From assembly GCA_964057225.1 (NCBI GenBank), contig OZ059896.1, positions 17,546,001 to 17,610,000 on the forward strand: DNA of 64,000 nucleotides, read 5' to 3'. The DNA comes from Auanema rhodensis (Eukaryota > Animalia > Nematoda). The notes below the pieces were generated by a model that saw only the letters and a program-made list of their open reading frames with translations, was not told the origin of the DNA and ran no database searches. A program made the translations under genes and the position numbers. Within the stretch, counting starts at the first letter, position 1. Each line of letters starts with the position of its first letter. Positions 49,437-64,000 of the stretch are shown piece after piece.

Positions 49437-52400
49437 TTATTTAGTCAAACGATCCAGTGTAAATTCGATAGTAGACGCCTGCTTAGTTCTATCGATAACT
49501 GTGGATTCTCTAGGGTCACCAGAAGAACTGGCTTCACATTTTTGCTGCGCTTCGTCTTTAGTACTAGGCTATAAAGAAAAAAATTAAAGATTATGAAAAA
49601 AGATGGAACCTTTGATTGTCCCACAGGTCCGAAACGAGATTTCACGTATTGTAAACGGAGAATACCTTTGATAAGCTTCTTCCAGTTCTCGTAAGCGTGC
49701 TCTTGTCGTTTCTAAATAAGAATAGAACAAGAAATAAAAAATACAGTATCATTTATTACTGTTGATTCTTTTTTAATACGATGAGCTTCATGTTTGTTCC
49801 ATTCTCGAACAAAAAGATCAGCATCTTCCTCAAGAACACAAGCCCCTTCAATACTGAACAAAGTTATTGAAATACATAAAAATCAAAAACATTATTGTTA
49901 CATTGGATAATTGCTGCAACTATGAAAATCCCATCCTACTACAGCCGGAGCACATTCTTTATCGAGCTTTCTAGCAATATTGGGCAAACCCGTAAGCTTT
50001 AGATGAACGGTTCCAATTGGAATCATTGAAGGTTGGTAGATATAAACATTTCCAAACTCATTCCTAGGAATTTTTCCCTGAAAAAAACAAGATCATTTTG
50101 GGACCAAAATTATATTCACATTTTTGACAGATGGTGGTTTGAATGGAACTGTTTGCCAAAATCCATAAATACCAACAAAAGTTGGCTCTCGCTCTTCGAT
50201 AGGAATACGTGGATCAGTCAAAGCTTTCACAATTTTGTAGGGTTTTTCACCTTTCTGCAAGACGAAAACTAATAAAATTGAAAAATAACTAAAAACCTTA
50301 ATGCTTCGAGCCATTTTTTCCCAACGTTTTTCGTTTTGCAATAGATAGACGGTATCTCGTGGATAAACATTGTGGCCTTTAACAGTTCCAATAGGTTTTT
50401 GCTTTTCTATTGGCGGGTATAATGCTTGAAACTTCAGAAGATCTTTCTCCAACACATATCTTAAGGAAAATAACAATAATTAATATTAGAAGAAAGAGTT
50501 ACAGAGGATGATTTTTGAATTCTGCCAATGAGGTAGGTAATGGCCTCATCACTAATTCTGTTTTGAAATGTACATCTTCAAGCTGAGATCTTTCAGTATT
50601 AGCGATAAGAGTCTGACAAAAAATATGTTCTAATGAGTCAAAACGAATGAAAAACCTTTTTCCTAAATGTTCTAATTAACCATGGTTTGTCAGTTCGGCG
50701 TCGGCGGAAAAGCGGCTTAACATAGTCACTAGCGTATCTTGGTGTAACTTCCCTGACACCCTTTTCTGAATATGGATAGTTTATAAAAAGTTCACTAGTA
50801 TAAAACAAACTATTATCGATAGCAAATATATAGGAGATCGGATCTCCAATCAATTTTTCTATTCCATTAGGTTCATCGATAACTGATGTAGAGGGGTTCA
50901 CACCTGAAATAAAAATGTATTTTGGACAGGTACAAATAACGAATAATTACAAATCCAACGCTTCAGTTTATGCTCCCAAACTTCAACCCAATAATCTTGA
51001 ACTTCTGACATTTTTTTCTTATTTTTATCCTTTTGCTCCACATAAGAGTTGATAGTTTCCTAGAAAAATATAAGAGTTAAGACGAAGATCTTAATATGAT
51101 TATTACCTCATTCCATGATCGAGTGATTGGTCTCACATTTACGCAAATTCGACAAACATATTCAAAAGCATGAAACAAGGCGAACAACAACTGAATGAAA
51201 AAAATATTCAGCTATTTTTAATAGAAACTTACGGCTGATCGATCTAGATCTGTTTCATATTTCTTCTGATTAACTAATGTAGAATAACGAGCAGTTTCAC
51301 GATAACAAACATCTTTAATCACATTGGCATCTATCTCAACATCTCGAAGAGAAGACTGAATGTATGTAATACTCAATTATATTCATAGACTATCTTGCCT
51401 GATAAGTACTTGTGTACCAATTTGTAATTTTCTTGATACTTTTCAAAGAACAAGGTTCGCCCACTAAGGACATCAATCCCTCTGGAGTCTGTAAAACGAA
51501 CTTTACTTAATGTAAGTTACAATGTGCTACTTGAGTTAATATGAGAGACGGTATAAGAGATTCGGCTGTTACAGTTTTATGTATAAATTGTAAATGAGCA
51601 ATGTAACACAATAAATGAGCCTGGAAAATTATAATTCGAAGTAGAACCAAGCAACCTATTTACCTTATGGGTATTTTCCCAAGTTTCGCGGATGCATTTG
51701 TTCACCTCTTGACGTAAATAAAATGCCCACCAATCAGGCTCTACCTTCTTCTTTTCTACAGTGATTTGTACCTTGGAGGAGAACGAAATTTCATCAAAAT
51801 AATTGAATACTTACCCTTTGAGAAATATCGGCACAATCGAAGGTTTCCATTTCCTCCCAATCGTCTTCATCATCAGATGAGTCTTAAACATACAAAACAA
51901 TAAATGGTTAAGGAGTTAAACGTACTGGCTTCAGCTTCAGGCTTTTCGCTGTTTCCTTCAATCAAAAGAGTAGTCTTCGCCTTTTTGGCTTGCTCTCTGA
52001 ACTGAAATACAATCTCTGCAGCTTCTTCTATTGGCATCTCATAAATTTTTCCTACTGCTAACTTAGCAGCAAACAATCTAGAAAATAATTAGAACATTTA
52101 ATTGTCCAGATCATCAATTCTTCACCTAAATTCGAGCATCTTTCGCTCTCCAGATGACAATTTCCTCATAGACCGCGGATCCTAGAAAAAATTATTGAAC
52201 CAAGATTTCTCGAAAAGTGTACCCAACATCAAATGATATATTTTTTTGCCAAGGTTGAGCAACTTTTTTCTTGATGTGAGTGCGACCGCCAGTAGCTTTC
52301 GAATTTTTGTTGGTACCATTGCTACATCTCGAAGACGTTTTGCTTGATCGAGAAGAAGCTTTCCCGCGACTATTCAAAGCTCAAAAGGATTGTTTTATAA

Positions 52401-53884
52401 ACTTATTTAAACTGTGGCTTACTTGATTTGCTCTTGCTGTTGGCACCCCTACTCGCACGTCCATTGGAAGAGCGACTATTAACAGATTTACGAGGAACGA
52501 AATCTTCATCAGAATTGATACCTATATCATCTTCATCCACTTCATTTCCGAATGAAATTTCTTCAGCAGATTCCTGAAATATTAAATAGAGTATCCACAT
52601 ATATAATTAAATACCATTTCTGCTTTCTTGATTTCATCGTCTTCGGCATCAGGCTCAAAAACACTCATATCACTATCTGATGATGACGATGAGGATGACA
52701 TAGAGCTTTGACTATCATTAAACTTTGCAACAAGTGAGTTGCGAGCTTTTAAAGCAGAGGCTCGTTTAGCTTAAAATATGAAACAACTTAATAAATGTAA
52801 TAATAACTAACAACGCATTGCGGTCCTACGAGGTGTCTTCATTTTCTTCTGGAAGATATGAAGATATAAAGAATTCATTACTTCATTTACAAACTTTTTG
52901 GAAATCGTCATCATTATCATCCTCATTGCTAGAATTTCCGAAATTAATAGAATCATCTTCCATCCTATCAGGTTGTTCTTCTTCAACTTCTGATTTTGCT
53001 TTTTTTGAAGATTCAGACAACTCTTCTTCATTCTTAGTTTCTTCCGATTCAATTTTCTTTGAAATTTCAGGCATATGTTCTTTATTTTGAGCAACTTCAG
53101 ATTTTCTTTTCTTTGAAAGTTCAGGCAAATGTTCTTTACTCATAACTTCCTTTGTCATCTCATCTTTCTCCTGAATATGTAATCATACATAGTCAAAACG
53201 CAACCCATCGTACTTCACTATCTAATGTTCTTTTATTAGCTGCCTTAGAAGATGCAGGAGGTTTATCATATAATTGAGACCTTCTACGAGGTCTCAGTGT
53301 AGTTAAAACAAAATCATCAGCATCGGGAGAAGATAGTGATTCAGACTTTGCTTCTTCCTTGCAATGTTAGCTTTATTTCAACGACTGTAATCAAAAAATA
53401 ATACCTTCATCTGTAATCTTTTGGAATTCATTCTGGGTAGAGGAGGTTTCTTTTTAAGAACACCTTCTCGCGATGTCTAAATAACAAATACCCTGCAGCT
53501 GTTAGAGTATAGATTTAAAAATAGCCCACCTTAGTAGGTAAATTAGTGGTATTAGTTTTAGCAACAACGGGAGAATTAGTAGCGCTATTATTACTTCCAC
53601 TTTCGATGCCATCGTCAGCAGAGACCAGAGCTTCGTTCTAAAATAAAGTCAATATTCATCCCTCATATTCGATTGATAAGAACATTTATAAGTGGCTGAA
53701 CAATGAGAGTAGATCTTCTTCCTTTCCGAAATTTGGGAGAAACAGTTGTTTTTGCTACTTCGTTCTGAAAAAGCAAATGTATCTACAATCAAAAATTTTG
53801 AAGTAGTACATTATCCGTTTCAAGCTTAGATCGAGCTTCTTCAACAGCTTTAAGCCGAGCCGATCGTCGGCGTAAGCCACTCAT
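49437..53884 (-). CDS. xpc-1: XPC/Rad4 nucleotide-excision-repair damage sensor, multi-exon, long acidic N-terminus
   Basis: THKAHLLCYIAH, DYWVEVW, YIFAID, VREVTPRYA, EFKNHPLYVLEKDLLKFQALYP, YGFWQT, IPRNEFGNVY, PAVVGWDF; assignment of the 5' exons is less certain. Confidence 0.9.
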
Positions 53885-54317
53885 TATTTATATATAAAAA
53901 ACAATTTGTAATCTGAAAACATTGAGCAAAATATTGCTAATAGTAAAAAGATAAAAAAGCACAATGTTTCTTTTATGCTCACTTTTGTCTGACCAACGGA
54001 TCACCAATGGGACAATTCGATTTTAAATAAGTCCAAAAAACCGCAAAATTTCAAAACATTCGCCGGGAGGATAAAAATGTTGGTTAAAAACAGTGCACAA
54101 AGTGCAAGTAAACAAGCATAGAAGAAGAAAAAACAATTGATATCGTGTGAAAATTGAAAATGAGTTTCGTTGGCATACTTCATTGAACGTATGTAGCATT
54201 ATTTTGAAGAAATTAATCAAGAGTAGGTAGGTTGTGTCTGTTAAAGTGTTGTAAAACTTTTTGTTGATGTACAAGACAACAATAAGTTGTGAGACTTTGC
54301 GGATGTATTGTATCGAA

Positions 54318-55672
54318 TTAATCTTGAGGATCCCAGTCCCATTTGCCGTACTCCTGTATTCCTGCTTCATTTTTCGCCTGAAGTAAAGGGATTTTTTTAT
54401 TAGTTTATGGTGTTTGAGAAAACTTCTTTTAGTAAGCTACTGATCAAATTGTAATCAGGCGCATTCCCGAAACTATACCCATCTATGATAGTTAAAATCA
54501 TATCGTATTGTCGTGGGCAATTTGAGAGTGATGCTTTACGATTTTTATGGCGGAAAGCTTGTTTTGATTTGTGAACTTCTTTTCGTTCTGTACCGGATAT
54601 GCATATGTTATAAGCCAACTGACGGAAGGTATTGTAAGAAAATTTACCAGGTAGGGATCGCCAAGGTAAACATCCCTGTGTAACCTCTACTAACATATAA
54701 AACCAACTTTCGAGATCATCTCGTCTTGATAAATCCTACGCGCGGAGATGATAATTTAATAAATTTTATATATAATATACCTGTGACATGTGGGCAACTA
54801 AACTTCCGTATCTCGCTGTTCCTCGCCATCCAGTATCGCATCTCGGGGGGATCAGAGTATTATTCTGATATGAGTAATTGATTATTTCTTTATAAATACG
54901 GCAAGAAACTTCATCAACATATCTTCTAGCCAAGCCAAAGTCATACATGTATATGACATGTTTCTGATTATTTGATGGATGTCCGGGAGCAAAGTTGCCA
55001 GGCTTAACGTCCCGTGATATTACACCTAAACTGTGCAATTCTTTAATGGCCTAAAAGAAATTAATTTATAAACGAAAATCAATAATTTGTCATATATTCA
55101 TTCATATACGAAATAAACTAAACTCTAGAGTTTGTTCAGCTATGTTGAGTGATGTTTCTAGAGAAAACTGTTTGTTCGGTGTTGCATATCTTTGCTTGTG
55201 GATATCAGGACCGAGTAGAGTCATTATCATAAATGTAACAGAGTTTGATACAATACCCTATAAAACTGTTCTAAAATGTTGAAAAAGATTAATTTGATCA
55301 TACGGATTTGGAAATGTTTAAAAAGTAATATACACTAATTAAAATGAATCTTACTTGGCCAAGAAATTCACAAAAATGTTTGCATTTATATTTGTTTGCA
55401 AGTCTCAAAACATGCACCTCGATATGCATCATAGAACGATCCAAGGATTCAAGCTTTATTGCAACTTTTCTTTAGAAATAGCATAGTAAATTATCGAAAC
55501 ATTAAAAATCGTTTTTTTAGCACTTATTAACTTACTTTGTTTTATTTAATGTTGCTAAGTAAACTTTGCCAAATCCACCATCACCAAGTAATTGTTCAAA
55601 ACAGTAACGATCTGCATTATATATGAAATTAATTCTTTTATTCATATTCAGATTCAGATCAATATCTCTCAT
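54318..55672 (-). CDS. Tau-tubulin kinase / CK1-group Ser/Thr kinase of the nematode-expanded type
   Basis: GDGGFGKVY, VAIKLE, MTLLGPD, ISRDVKPGNF, DFGLAR, WRGTARYGS, SRRDDLESW, LPW, PDY, WDWD; start uncertain. Confidence 0.88.
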
Positions 55673-56099
55673 TGTACTGTAAAGGCTTAACTATTTATTT
55701 TATTTTTAAGAAACACAAATATCACTTACAGATTATGTCAGATAGAACAGAACTAAATTCAAATAAATACAACCAGTTATATCAAAAATAATTCATAAAT
55801 GATGTGACGGCTAAAAGTTAAAATGACAAAAAGGATAATCCATGGGACGATAAAAAATTTTATATTATTTAAATAGTAATGAAACAAATATTTAGTTTAT
55901 ATATTATATTTTTTTAAGATTGGTTTTTTTTCACAGTGGGATGTTTACCAGAATTGAAGAATATCATCCTGTGATAAATCATGCATGTATATTTAAGAAT
56001 AAGATAAATTGTCTTCGATATAAACAGTATTCCAAAGAAGCATGCTATAGAAAATATCAATCACAATATTAATTAAATTATACTGATTAATACCTATAA

Positions 56100-57668
56100 A
56101 CATATAGAGCAAACGATTGTCATTTTCTGGAACTCTTATTGGCAAGAATGCAGTATAAGGATGAGCACTTGTTCTTCAAACTTAACAATTAGCGAAATGA
56201 ATATCATAAACTAACTTGAAGAAATTGTATATGTTAAAATATCTGCTTAGATCAAAAAATTCCCTTTTGAAAAGAGTTCTGTCATTCAATGTTGTTCTCC
56301 ATTTGTACGCTCTAATTCTAGCAATTTCAGTTTCATAACATAGAATCTGATGTGAGACATCGACAGCTGGCCTAATAATAAGTTTAATCCTAGAAATTAT
56401 AATAATATTCTTACCAAAAAAGCAATTCGGGAATTCCAAGTATAAGGCTATTAAAATTGAAAACTGCTGCCTTATAAGTAATATTATTTATGAAAGGAGT
56501 GTGCGAAATAGCTAAGCCAATTCTGTAATTTAAAAATATATACACAATATATATTATGACCTAACCGTTCAAAATCAAAATTGGTGGTATCCTCTACATA
56601 TATTGTCTCAAACTTATATGGTTTCTACAATATTTGTTTTTATTTTTGTACCAATATCATTAAATTAACTAATGTGTTATCTATATGTACGGTCTCAATA
56701 TGCAAATCATCCGTTAGGGCTACTAAATGCCGAGGTATTGTGGAGACTAAAAAAGAGCAATAGTAAAAATTAAATATTATTTCATTTAATAATAAGTTAG
56801 CATCCTCTTACGTGGTGTGGACCAATAAACTCTAAACGTATAATCATTTTTTCTTTCAAATATTAACTGCTGAACACTGAAATTTTATTTCAGATTCATT
56901 TCATATTAAAAAAAATATACCGGAAATCAAAACGACTTCGAGTAACAACAAAGATTTGAAACTTAACATTTAGAATTTTAACGATCGTGTAACCTATATC
57001 GAATAGCGCTTATGAATATTACGACACATCAATGCAATTACCTGGCTTTATTGCGGGAGTTGTGAACGTAAACCTATAGTTAGGGACAAATTCGTAGAAC
57101 GCAGAATCTTCTACAGAATGTTTAAGCTTGCTGCTAAAAATAAAAACATAAAAAAATGAATGATCGAACTGGCCTGAAAGCACTTTGAACAACGATTCTT
57201 GGCCCTTCAATTCGCATAACAACTGGCATTTTTATATTTCCACGACGATTTAGATATTGTTCCTAAGACACCAAAGTTATCAGAATGATTGAGAAGTAAA
57301 ACAAAACCTTTTTGACATATACTATAAAAATTTCATTATTTGAACACGACCGAGTATTATTAGCAGGAATCTTCAATGGGAGAGTAATATTTGAAAGCCA
57401 ATCAAACACATAACAATTTTTCGTTATTCCAATAACTGTATAATTTTTGAAGAATAGTATGAAATTCAAACTGAAATAATACCATAATTTCTTTCAGTTG
57501 CATTCTCTTCGTTTTTGAAGTAATGCTTATGGCAATTTAGTTCATCAGCAAATGATTTTTGCGAATAAACCTAAAATAGAATAATTTCCATCGTCTTCAA
57601 CAATATAATTTTATCGAAACAACCTTTAAAAAGCATAATGAGATGAAAAACAACTGTGATAATCTCAT
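56100..57668 (-). CDS. Possible uncharacterised secreted or membrane protein, multi-exon
   Basis: Signal-like MRLSQLFFISLCFLK at about 57668 followed by short exons with GT..AG boundaries; no recognised domain; 3' end uncertain. Confidence 0.4.
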
Positions 57669-58574
57669 ATTAATTTCAAAACTAAATCGACATATCCATT
57701 AAAACGTGAAAACTCCGTGGATGTGTATGCAAATCACAATCTATAAACGCCAAGTGTTATCAAGCTAGTTGAAAGCTCAATAATTGTTAATATGCTTAAG
57801 TTGTCACGTTTTTTTAAGCAATAACTTTTATTGTTCAATATTCTTGCTTCTTTTTTTTTCTGTGTACGAGAAATTGCAAACGATACGGAAGAAACCGGAA
57901 AGCTATGGTGTTCCATAATTCAGAACAGGTAGACGCGGAATCAAAATTTGGCGTTCAAAACAAAGCATATAATCTGTTGAGAAAAGGCGACGGATATGAG
58001 AAATGGAAACCACGGAGATATTCAGCTACAGTGACCTCTATATGAAATTAACCGATATGAAAGTGCATCATCAGATTCCATACGTATGGAATATCATGGA
58101 AAACCGGCTCTCTGAACAATTCTACTTACATGAAGAATGAGATTGCTTTGCATCTCGACACTAATTCAAACAAAATTAATAAAAAACTAGTAGTAGAAAC
58201 ATTTATAAATTATGCCATGAAATTTACATAAATGACAATAAAACACATCCATAAACCGAAAGGCACAAATACACAAACAGAAAAAACGGTATATAGAAAC
58301 TTTCGAATCACAATATCATTGTATCACAGTCTTTTATATATTACAGAGAGTGAAGAATGAAGAAACTACGATGAGAAAAAGAAAGCCGTAGTATCTTTTC
58401 TTAAGGTTGTTACCGGGCAAAATGAAAACTGGTAATGTTATAAATATAAAAATATGTATATGTATATATAGATAAAAATGAAAGAAAAGGCATTAATATA
58501 GAAGCTTTGCTTTACCTATTGCATACATGCATATTACATTCTCACTCTGAAAAATCAAAAAGATCTTTCAAAAT

Positions 58575-60837
58575 CTAAGGACTATTAGAAGTTGGCAAAT
58601 GCCGCCGAGCTCCGTCAAAAACACTCATTAATGAAAACGCATCGGCAGTCAATTCACAAATTTCTCGATCACCCCAAGATTGGGTTGGCAAATTTTGCAA
58701 CAAGATCATGATACCCTGAATGAATAAAACTTATAATATTTTTTTACGTTCCTTGTAAACAAACCTGAAAATCTTTCTCATTCTGTAACTGACGAGACCA
58801 GGTACGTAAAAATGCTGCACACACATAGTTATGGAACTGTGAAAAGCCATCCGGTTCACTCTGTGAAAAATATTTGTAAACAACAAATTTGATCAAAAAA
58901 ATTGTTGAAAAAAGAAAGCAAAAAACAATGCACATACCAAATATGTATCCCATAATCGAATCGTTGCTCTCAGTGGAATTTCTCTCATCAGTAGATTGTT
59001 CATCCAACGAAATGCGAATTGGAGATATTCAACACCATTACTTTCAAGATGCTTATGTAACGGCTCTGAAAAAAAACTTAACAACGAGACAACATTGATA
59101 GCATACTGTCAACACGACTTAAGAGATGTTTCAATTGTAACACTTTTCTTTGAATACCAGGCTGAGCAAAAGTATAATTATCCTTAAAAGCATATATATA
59201 TATAATTAAAGAAGCTCAAATAACAAAACCTGAATGGAATCCAAAAGTGCACTAACACACCAGAAAGAATCAGCTTCAACTAATTTACATTGCTCTAAAG
59301 GCAACTGCGAAACATCAAAAGACCCGACCTGAATAATAAATAAGTGAAGATAAAAAGTTTATTGAAATTTCAGTATACCTCTACATCTTGAGGAATGAAT
59401 TCCGAAAGGAATACAACAAAGAAAGGCGTAACCAAGTCATTAATACCTTGTACATATCCACTTGCAGGATGGCGAATAGCCCAAATGTACAAAATATGTT
59501 CGAACATCTAAAAAGTTTATCAAAAAAAATTTTCAACTAGAATCCAACCTCTTGTACAAGTTTCTGTTGAAATAGTGGTATTAATGGGCACATACGAGGA
59601 ATATCAATATGAATTTGCCGGAATGTTTCAGCATTTTGGTCTTCAAATCTTTGATGAAAATATTGTTCAACATAATGCCAATATTCTTCTCGTTTCCTTT
59701 CCATAGTTATTTCTCTCCTATCAGCGTTAGTAGGGAGATAGCCCTGGGAACAAAACAATTTAAACTCTCAACAATGCAAGTTCCATACCGAGAGAATCCT
59801 CCAAGCTTGAGGTCGTAACTTGTGAGGAATACCCATCCAGCAGTCTTCTCTTCAAGAAATATTGTTAGATTCGAAACAGAATTTAAAAAATAAATCTACC
59901 TCAACTTATCCATATCAATGTCGACAGGAGGCGAAGCTCTGCCAGAACTTTTGCCATTTGAAAACAATCGTCTTAAACGATCGAATCTAGTCTGATCATG
60001 TGAACCTCCTGAATATGATATTTTGATAAACATATAGACATTTTTTTAAACCTGTCGAGGGAACACTTGATGGCATTCCAGCTGATCGATTCTGATCTCC
60101 GGATATTTCGGGAAGCTTAGGGTATATAGGATTGACATTTTGAGCAGGACTAGTAATTGATGAAGGTAATGGCTCTGAAAATTTGTTTATCCAACTTGAA
60201 TATTAGATTGAACATTAGATAATTTTACCTTTTTGAATGGCTAGTCGTTGTAATGCCTGTACTCTGCTGTTTTTAGAATGTGGAGTGCTTACTGGGGGCA
60301 TTATAACCTGAAAAACACAACGTTCAATTAAATATACAGTGCACATTAACTACCTCATCTCTGCTTTTTCTTGCAGCATGTGCTGCTAAAACATGAGCAG
60401 CAGAAGCAGAAGCTAGATCATCATCTAATTTCACTCTTGTATCCCATGCATCTGATACACTGAAAGCGGATATGATCATTTTTTAACTTGAATAAAACGA
60501 AGCTTAGCCACCCAGATTATTTACATAATAAACATATATTGCATTATAAACTGTTTTTACTAGTACCATTCACTTATTCGTAGTATATTTGGAGTGTTTC
60601 TTGGGGTTAAGTTACATTACTAACCTATTCTCATAATCTTGAAACTTATCAATTCGAGAATCATTCTTTGTTGGACTGCCCGAACCTGAAGATTGATGCA
60701 AGGGGGGATAACGAGCACCATAAACTGGCTTCACACTGAAAGTTAATTTCACAAAATATTCCAAAAAAGGTGCACAAAGGAGAATTCAGACTTAATATTT
60801 ACCTCCCAGGAGTGGAACCAGCAGACCAGCGACTCAT
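58575..60837 (-). CDS. tbc-3: TBC1D22-family Rab-GAP (Gyp1-like), multi-exon
   Basis: PGSVKPVYGARYPP, CWMGIP..LRPQAWRILS, QIHIDIPR, HPASGYVQGINDLVTPFF, EADSFWC, LQFAFRWMNNLLMRE..IRLWDTY, LQNLPTQSW. Confidence 0.92.
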
Positions 60838-63800
60838 CTCATCTGATCTGTGCTTAGTTAGTGCTAGAACAAAAAAAATCCCTACTACTAAATCAAGAAA
60901 GCCCAATAAATAACGAATATTGAGAAATATTAAATTTAATGACATATAACTGTTTAAAAACATGAAAAAATCGCTGAACGATGATACGACAATTTTCAAA
61001 CAACGTGTCAAATTTCTTACAAACAGTCAATTTTGACTGATTACGACATATAAAACATTAGAGACATGCTGTTGGAACACTTATATACTTCTCAATTCAT
61101 ATCAAAAATAGAAATATTGATTAATAAACAAGAATCATTTTGTTTAAATCGATAGACGAGAATCAGCTTTGCTGGCTGATTGCTGTTTGTTGTGCGCTCA
61201 CTGCAAAATGGGCGTGTCAACAAACTGCGTTTGAAATGTGTAGCCGTAGAGATGTGGAGTATAAATAAGAAAGTTCTGATTGGAAAGCCTGTTTTCATTA
61301 TCACGTATTGTTTAATCTGATTAAAAATTGTCAACTGAGCAGTGTTAAAGAATAATTATCTTGTTCGTTTGATTCCTTTAATTTATACAAATTTATTATT
61401 ATAGCCACTTTACGTTATACCTTCACGTTATACCTTCCGAGTTAATGAGAAATTTTAAAAATTTAAACTTTATCTCTATGAATAAGTTTTTCATTAACGT
61501 TTCCCTCCGTATTTTTGAAAACCGAGAAAGGGAAAACTGAATTGGGATGGTCAGAATACCCGAACAAAGCTTTTTATGGGTGGCTATGCTTACAAAAACA
61601 TTAGAAAATGTTGTATATAACTTACTCGTTGTTATTAATTTCTGTAACTTTTTCAGTTATTTGATCAAGTTTCGGAAAACATAGATTTGTACACATCAAC
61701 ATGCTCATCCTCCTTTTATCTGAAAATTAAGTGCTCGTTTTATGACGTTTTAACATTTCTATTTAATCAGTTCAAAATAACGATGAATAAGAATTGAGAG
61801 AATTGAAATAATAAATGAAGCAAAAGGTAATATAAAGTCATAACGGAATTCAACTATTATCAACATATAAAGGCAAATGTAAAGTAAACCTTTAAAAAAT
61901 GAGAAAAAAGTTTTATTGTGAGTTGATGAGAAATAGGAAAATTGAATATGTAAGCTTACAAGTTTGTAAAAGAATAATATAATACAATAAATGCAATAGA
62001 TATCAAATGAATACAACTCGTTTCAATGATGGTAAAGATGCCCAGGTAAACAAATAGTTACATCATAATCGTCATCATCACCATCATCGCCATCATGTTC
62101 CCTGAGGCTAAATTCCGGAACTGCATACTCAGTTTATAGAGTATGTTGTTTTATATTATTAAATAAAGATATAATATACTAAAACTTAATCCAAATGTGA
62201 TTTGAACAAAAACTAGTAGTTTTGGTACATGTTACTTAAAAAAACTATCAACAGAGATAGAACCGTTGATCAACATATTTGCGGAAAACAAACTGAACGC
62301 AACTATGGTTTAATTGAGAATGAAATTTTGAAGAAATTGATTGAGAAGTAGAATAAACTTAAGATGCTCCAAAAATTAAAAAGTTAAGGCCTTTTTGGTA
62401 CGGATCAAATAAGAAAATTGTGACGAATCAGTCCCTATTAAAGAAATGCTGGGAAAAGGAATAAGAAATACGAGAGAGAAAGGGAGAGAGAGAAGGAAGT
62501 TGAGAGAGAAGAAGGGAGAAAAAGAGAAAGAAAGAGATGGACAGAGATACTAAAATGGAAACATTTTTCGAGAGAACCATGAGAAACAATAATGTGAGGG
62601 ATATGCAAAAAAAATGAAGAGATAGGGAGTCAAATAGAGTAAGAGAGAACGAGAGAATCATCTGGTTATAGAAAGGTGAGGTAGAATAAAGAGATGAGAC
62701 GAAGATGAATCAAAAAAGAATTCAGAAAAAGGAGCGGGATCAGTTGTGCAAATAGAACGGACACTATTTCTCGTGGACAATAAACTTCACATAAAGTGAA
62801 AAAGAAACAGAAGCAATATGGTATGAAATAGAGAGAAAAAGATGAAGCATAAAGTGAAAGATTATATATATGTACATACATGTATAGAGGGCCAGAGAGT
62901 TTAAAATTTGTAGTTCTGGAAGCTTGTAAAATCACCAAAAAAATGTGTCTATATTTGGACATGGCAATTGAATAATGATGGATATTCGTGTAAATAGCTT
63001 CCAATTAATATAATTTGTACATCCTTGTATATGAAATATTTCTTTTGTGGAGCAATATGCTCGAAATAGAAATCTTCAAAATGTTGTTGTTCTTTCAAAT
63101 GTGCGGACTTGTTTTTTGAATCACATAACTGTATTGATGTAACACAATAAAGATATTGTTCGAGCATTCTGTTATTAAGTTCAGCTGTTTTGTACTTTGG
63201 GATGGCATTTAACATCATTATTTCTGACATAAAGCTGATAAGTTGTAAGACAGAATTCTTACAATTTTGTTCATAAAACATTACTAAAGGATGTGGTTGA
63301 CTTTAGAAGAGTGAACTAAGTTTATTTACATGATTTACTAACTAAAAGTAAACATATGGACATTAGAGGTATGTATATAGAAAACGAGAATCGTCATCAA
63401 TTGTTGAAAAAAAATGGAAATAGGCAATATAATAGTTTTCTGAATATCAAACAACGCCAACTGTTATTGTAAATTGAAAAATTAAAATTTCACTTAATTT
63501 TTTTAAATAAAACAGTTTATTTACTCAGAAAGTATGGTATATGCGGTCGGCATCACTTGCCTGTCAGAGCGAGAGTAGGCAAATCAAAGATTTTTTGAAT
63601 TCAAACCTTCAATTTGTTTCTTTCTCTCGATTCTCCGTCCTTTGGTTGTTCTCTTATTTTCTGGTTTATGACCGATTTTTTTGGAAAATAAAGTCTTAAG
63701 CCCGAACAAGCTATTCGACCGTCTTTGCTCTCTTACGTCCAATGACAAATTTTTTGGAACATGAGAACTGATTTAACATAAAGAAAAGAGGAAAGGTTTG

Positions 63801-64000
63801 AGAGAACAAAGCTAAGATGGAGTGATGGCCGAACAAAACAAAATAAAGAGATAGAGTTGAAAATGCACAGAGAAAAGAAAAATAGAATAAGAGAAAGAGC
63901 TTGGGATAGTGTCACCATTTTCGGAATCCGGAGATGACAACTGGATAGCTGTGGTTAAACCGGATTCGAAGATTGGGTAAACGGCTTGAGAGCATCGGAG

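Noticed and set aside
61759-63004. Hydrophobic F/L/S-rich ORFs on the minus strand
   Set aside because: Expected from pyrimidine-rich low-complexity DNA; no domain evidence

Overview
AT-rich eukaryotic DNA with many ~40-50 bp introns and TTTCAG acceptors, most likely from a rhabditid nematode. The 3' part of CYFIP/gex-2 (+, 1-3436) and a minus-strand gene block (ALKBH1, XPC, a TTBK/CK1-type kinase, an unknown gene, TBC1D22) face each other across a ~43.6-kb repeat island (3710-47362). The island is built on a ~377-381 bp repeat unit carrying tRNA-Gly(GCC): 10 copies identical by eye plus remnants, with arrays at both ends in opposite orientation. It holds one young, intact BEL/Pao LTR element (30469-40227; TSD GCAAT; a single Gag-PR-RT-RH-IN-Env ORF with a phlebovirus-type glycoprotein). 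That element's primer site is complementary to this same tRNA-Gly at two separate places, and it carries an extra 3' zinc-knuckle ORF also found in two other, truncated BEL/Pao elements in the island. The rest is nested or shattered maT, Tc3-like, Merlin (ISXO2-like), MULE and piggyBac pieces, arranged in two large near-perfect inverted duplications (about 5.0-kb and 2.3-kb arms). Each inverted duplication lies just downstream of a 3' LTR pointing into it. Coordinates were read by eye; family calls rest on motif recognition, not database searches.
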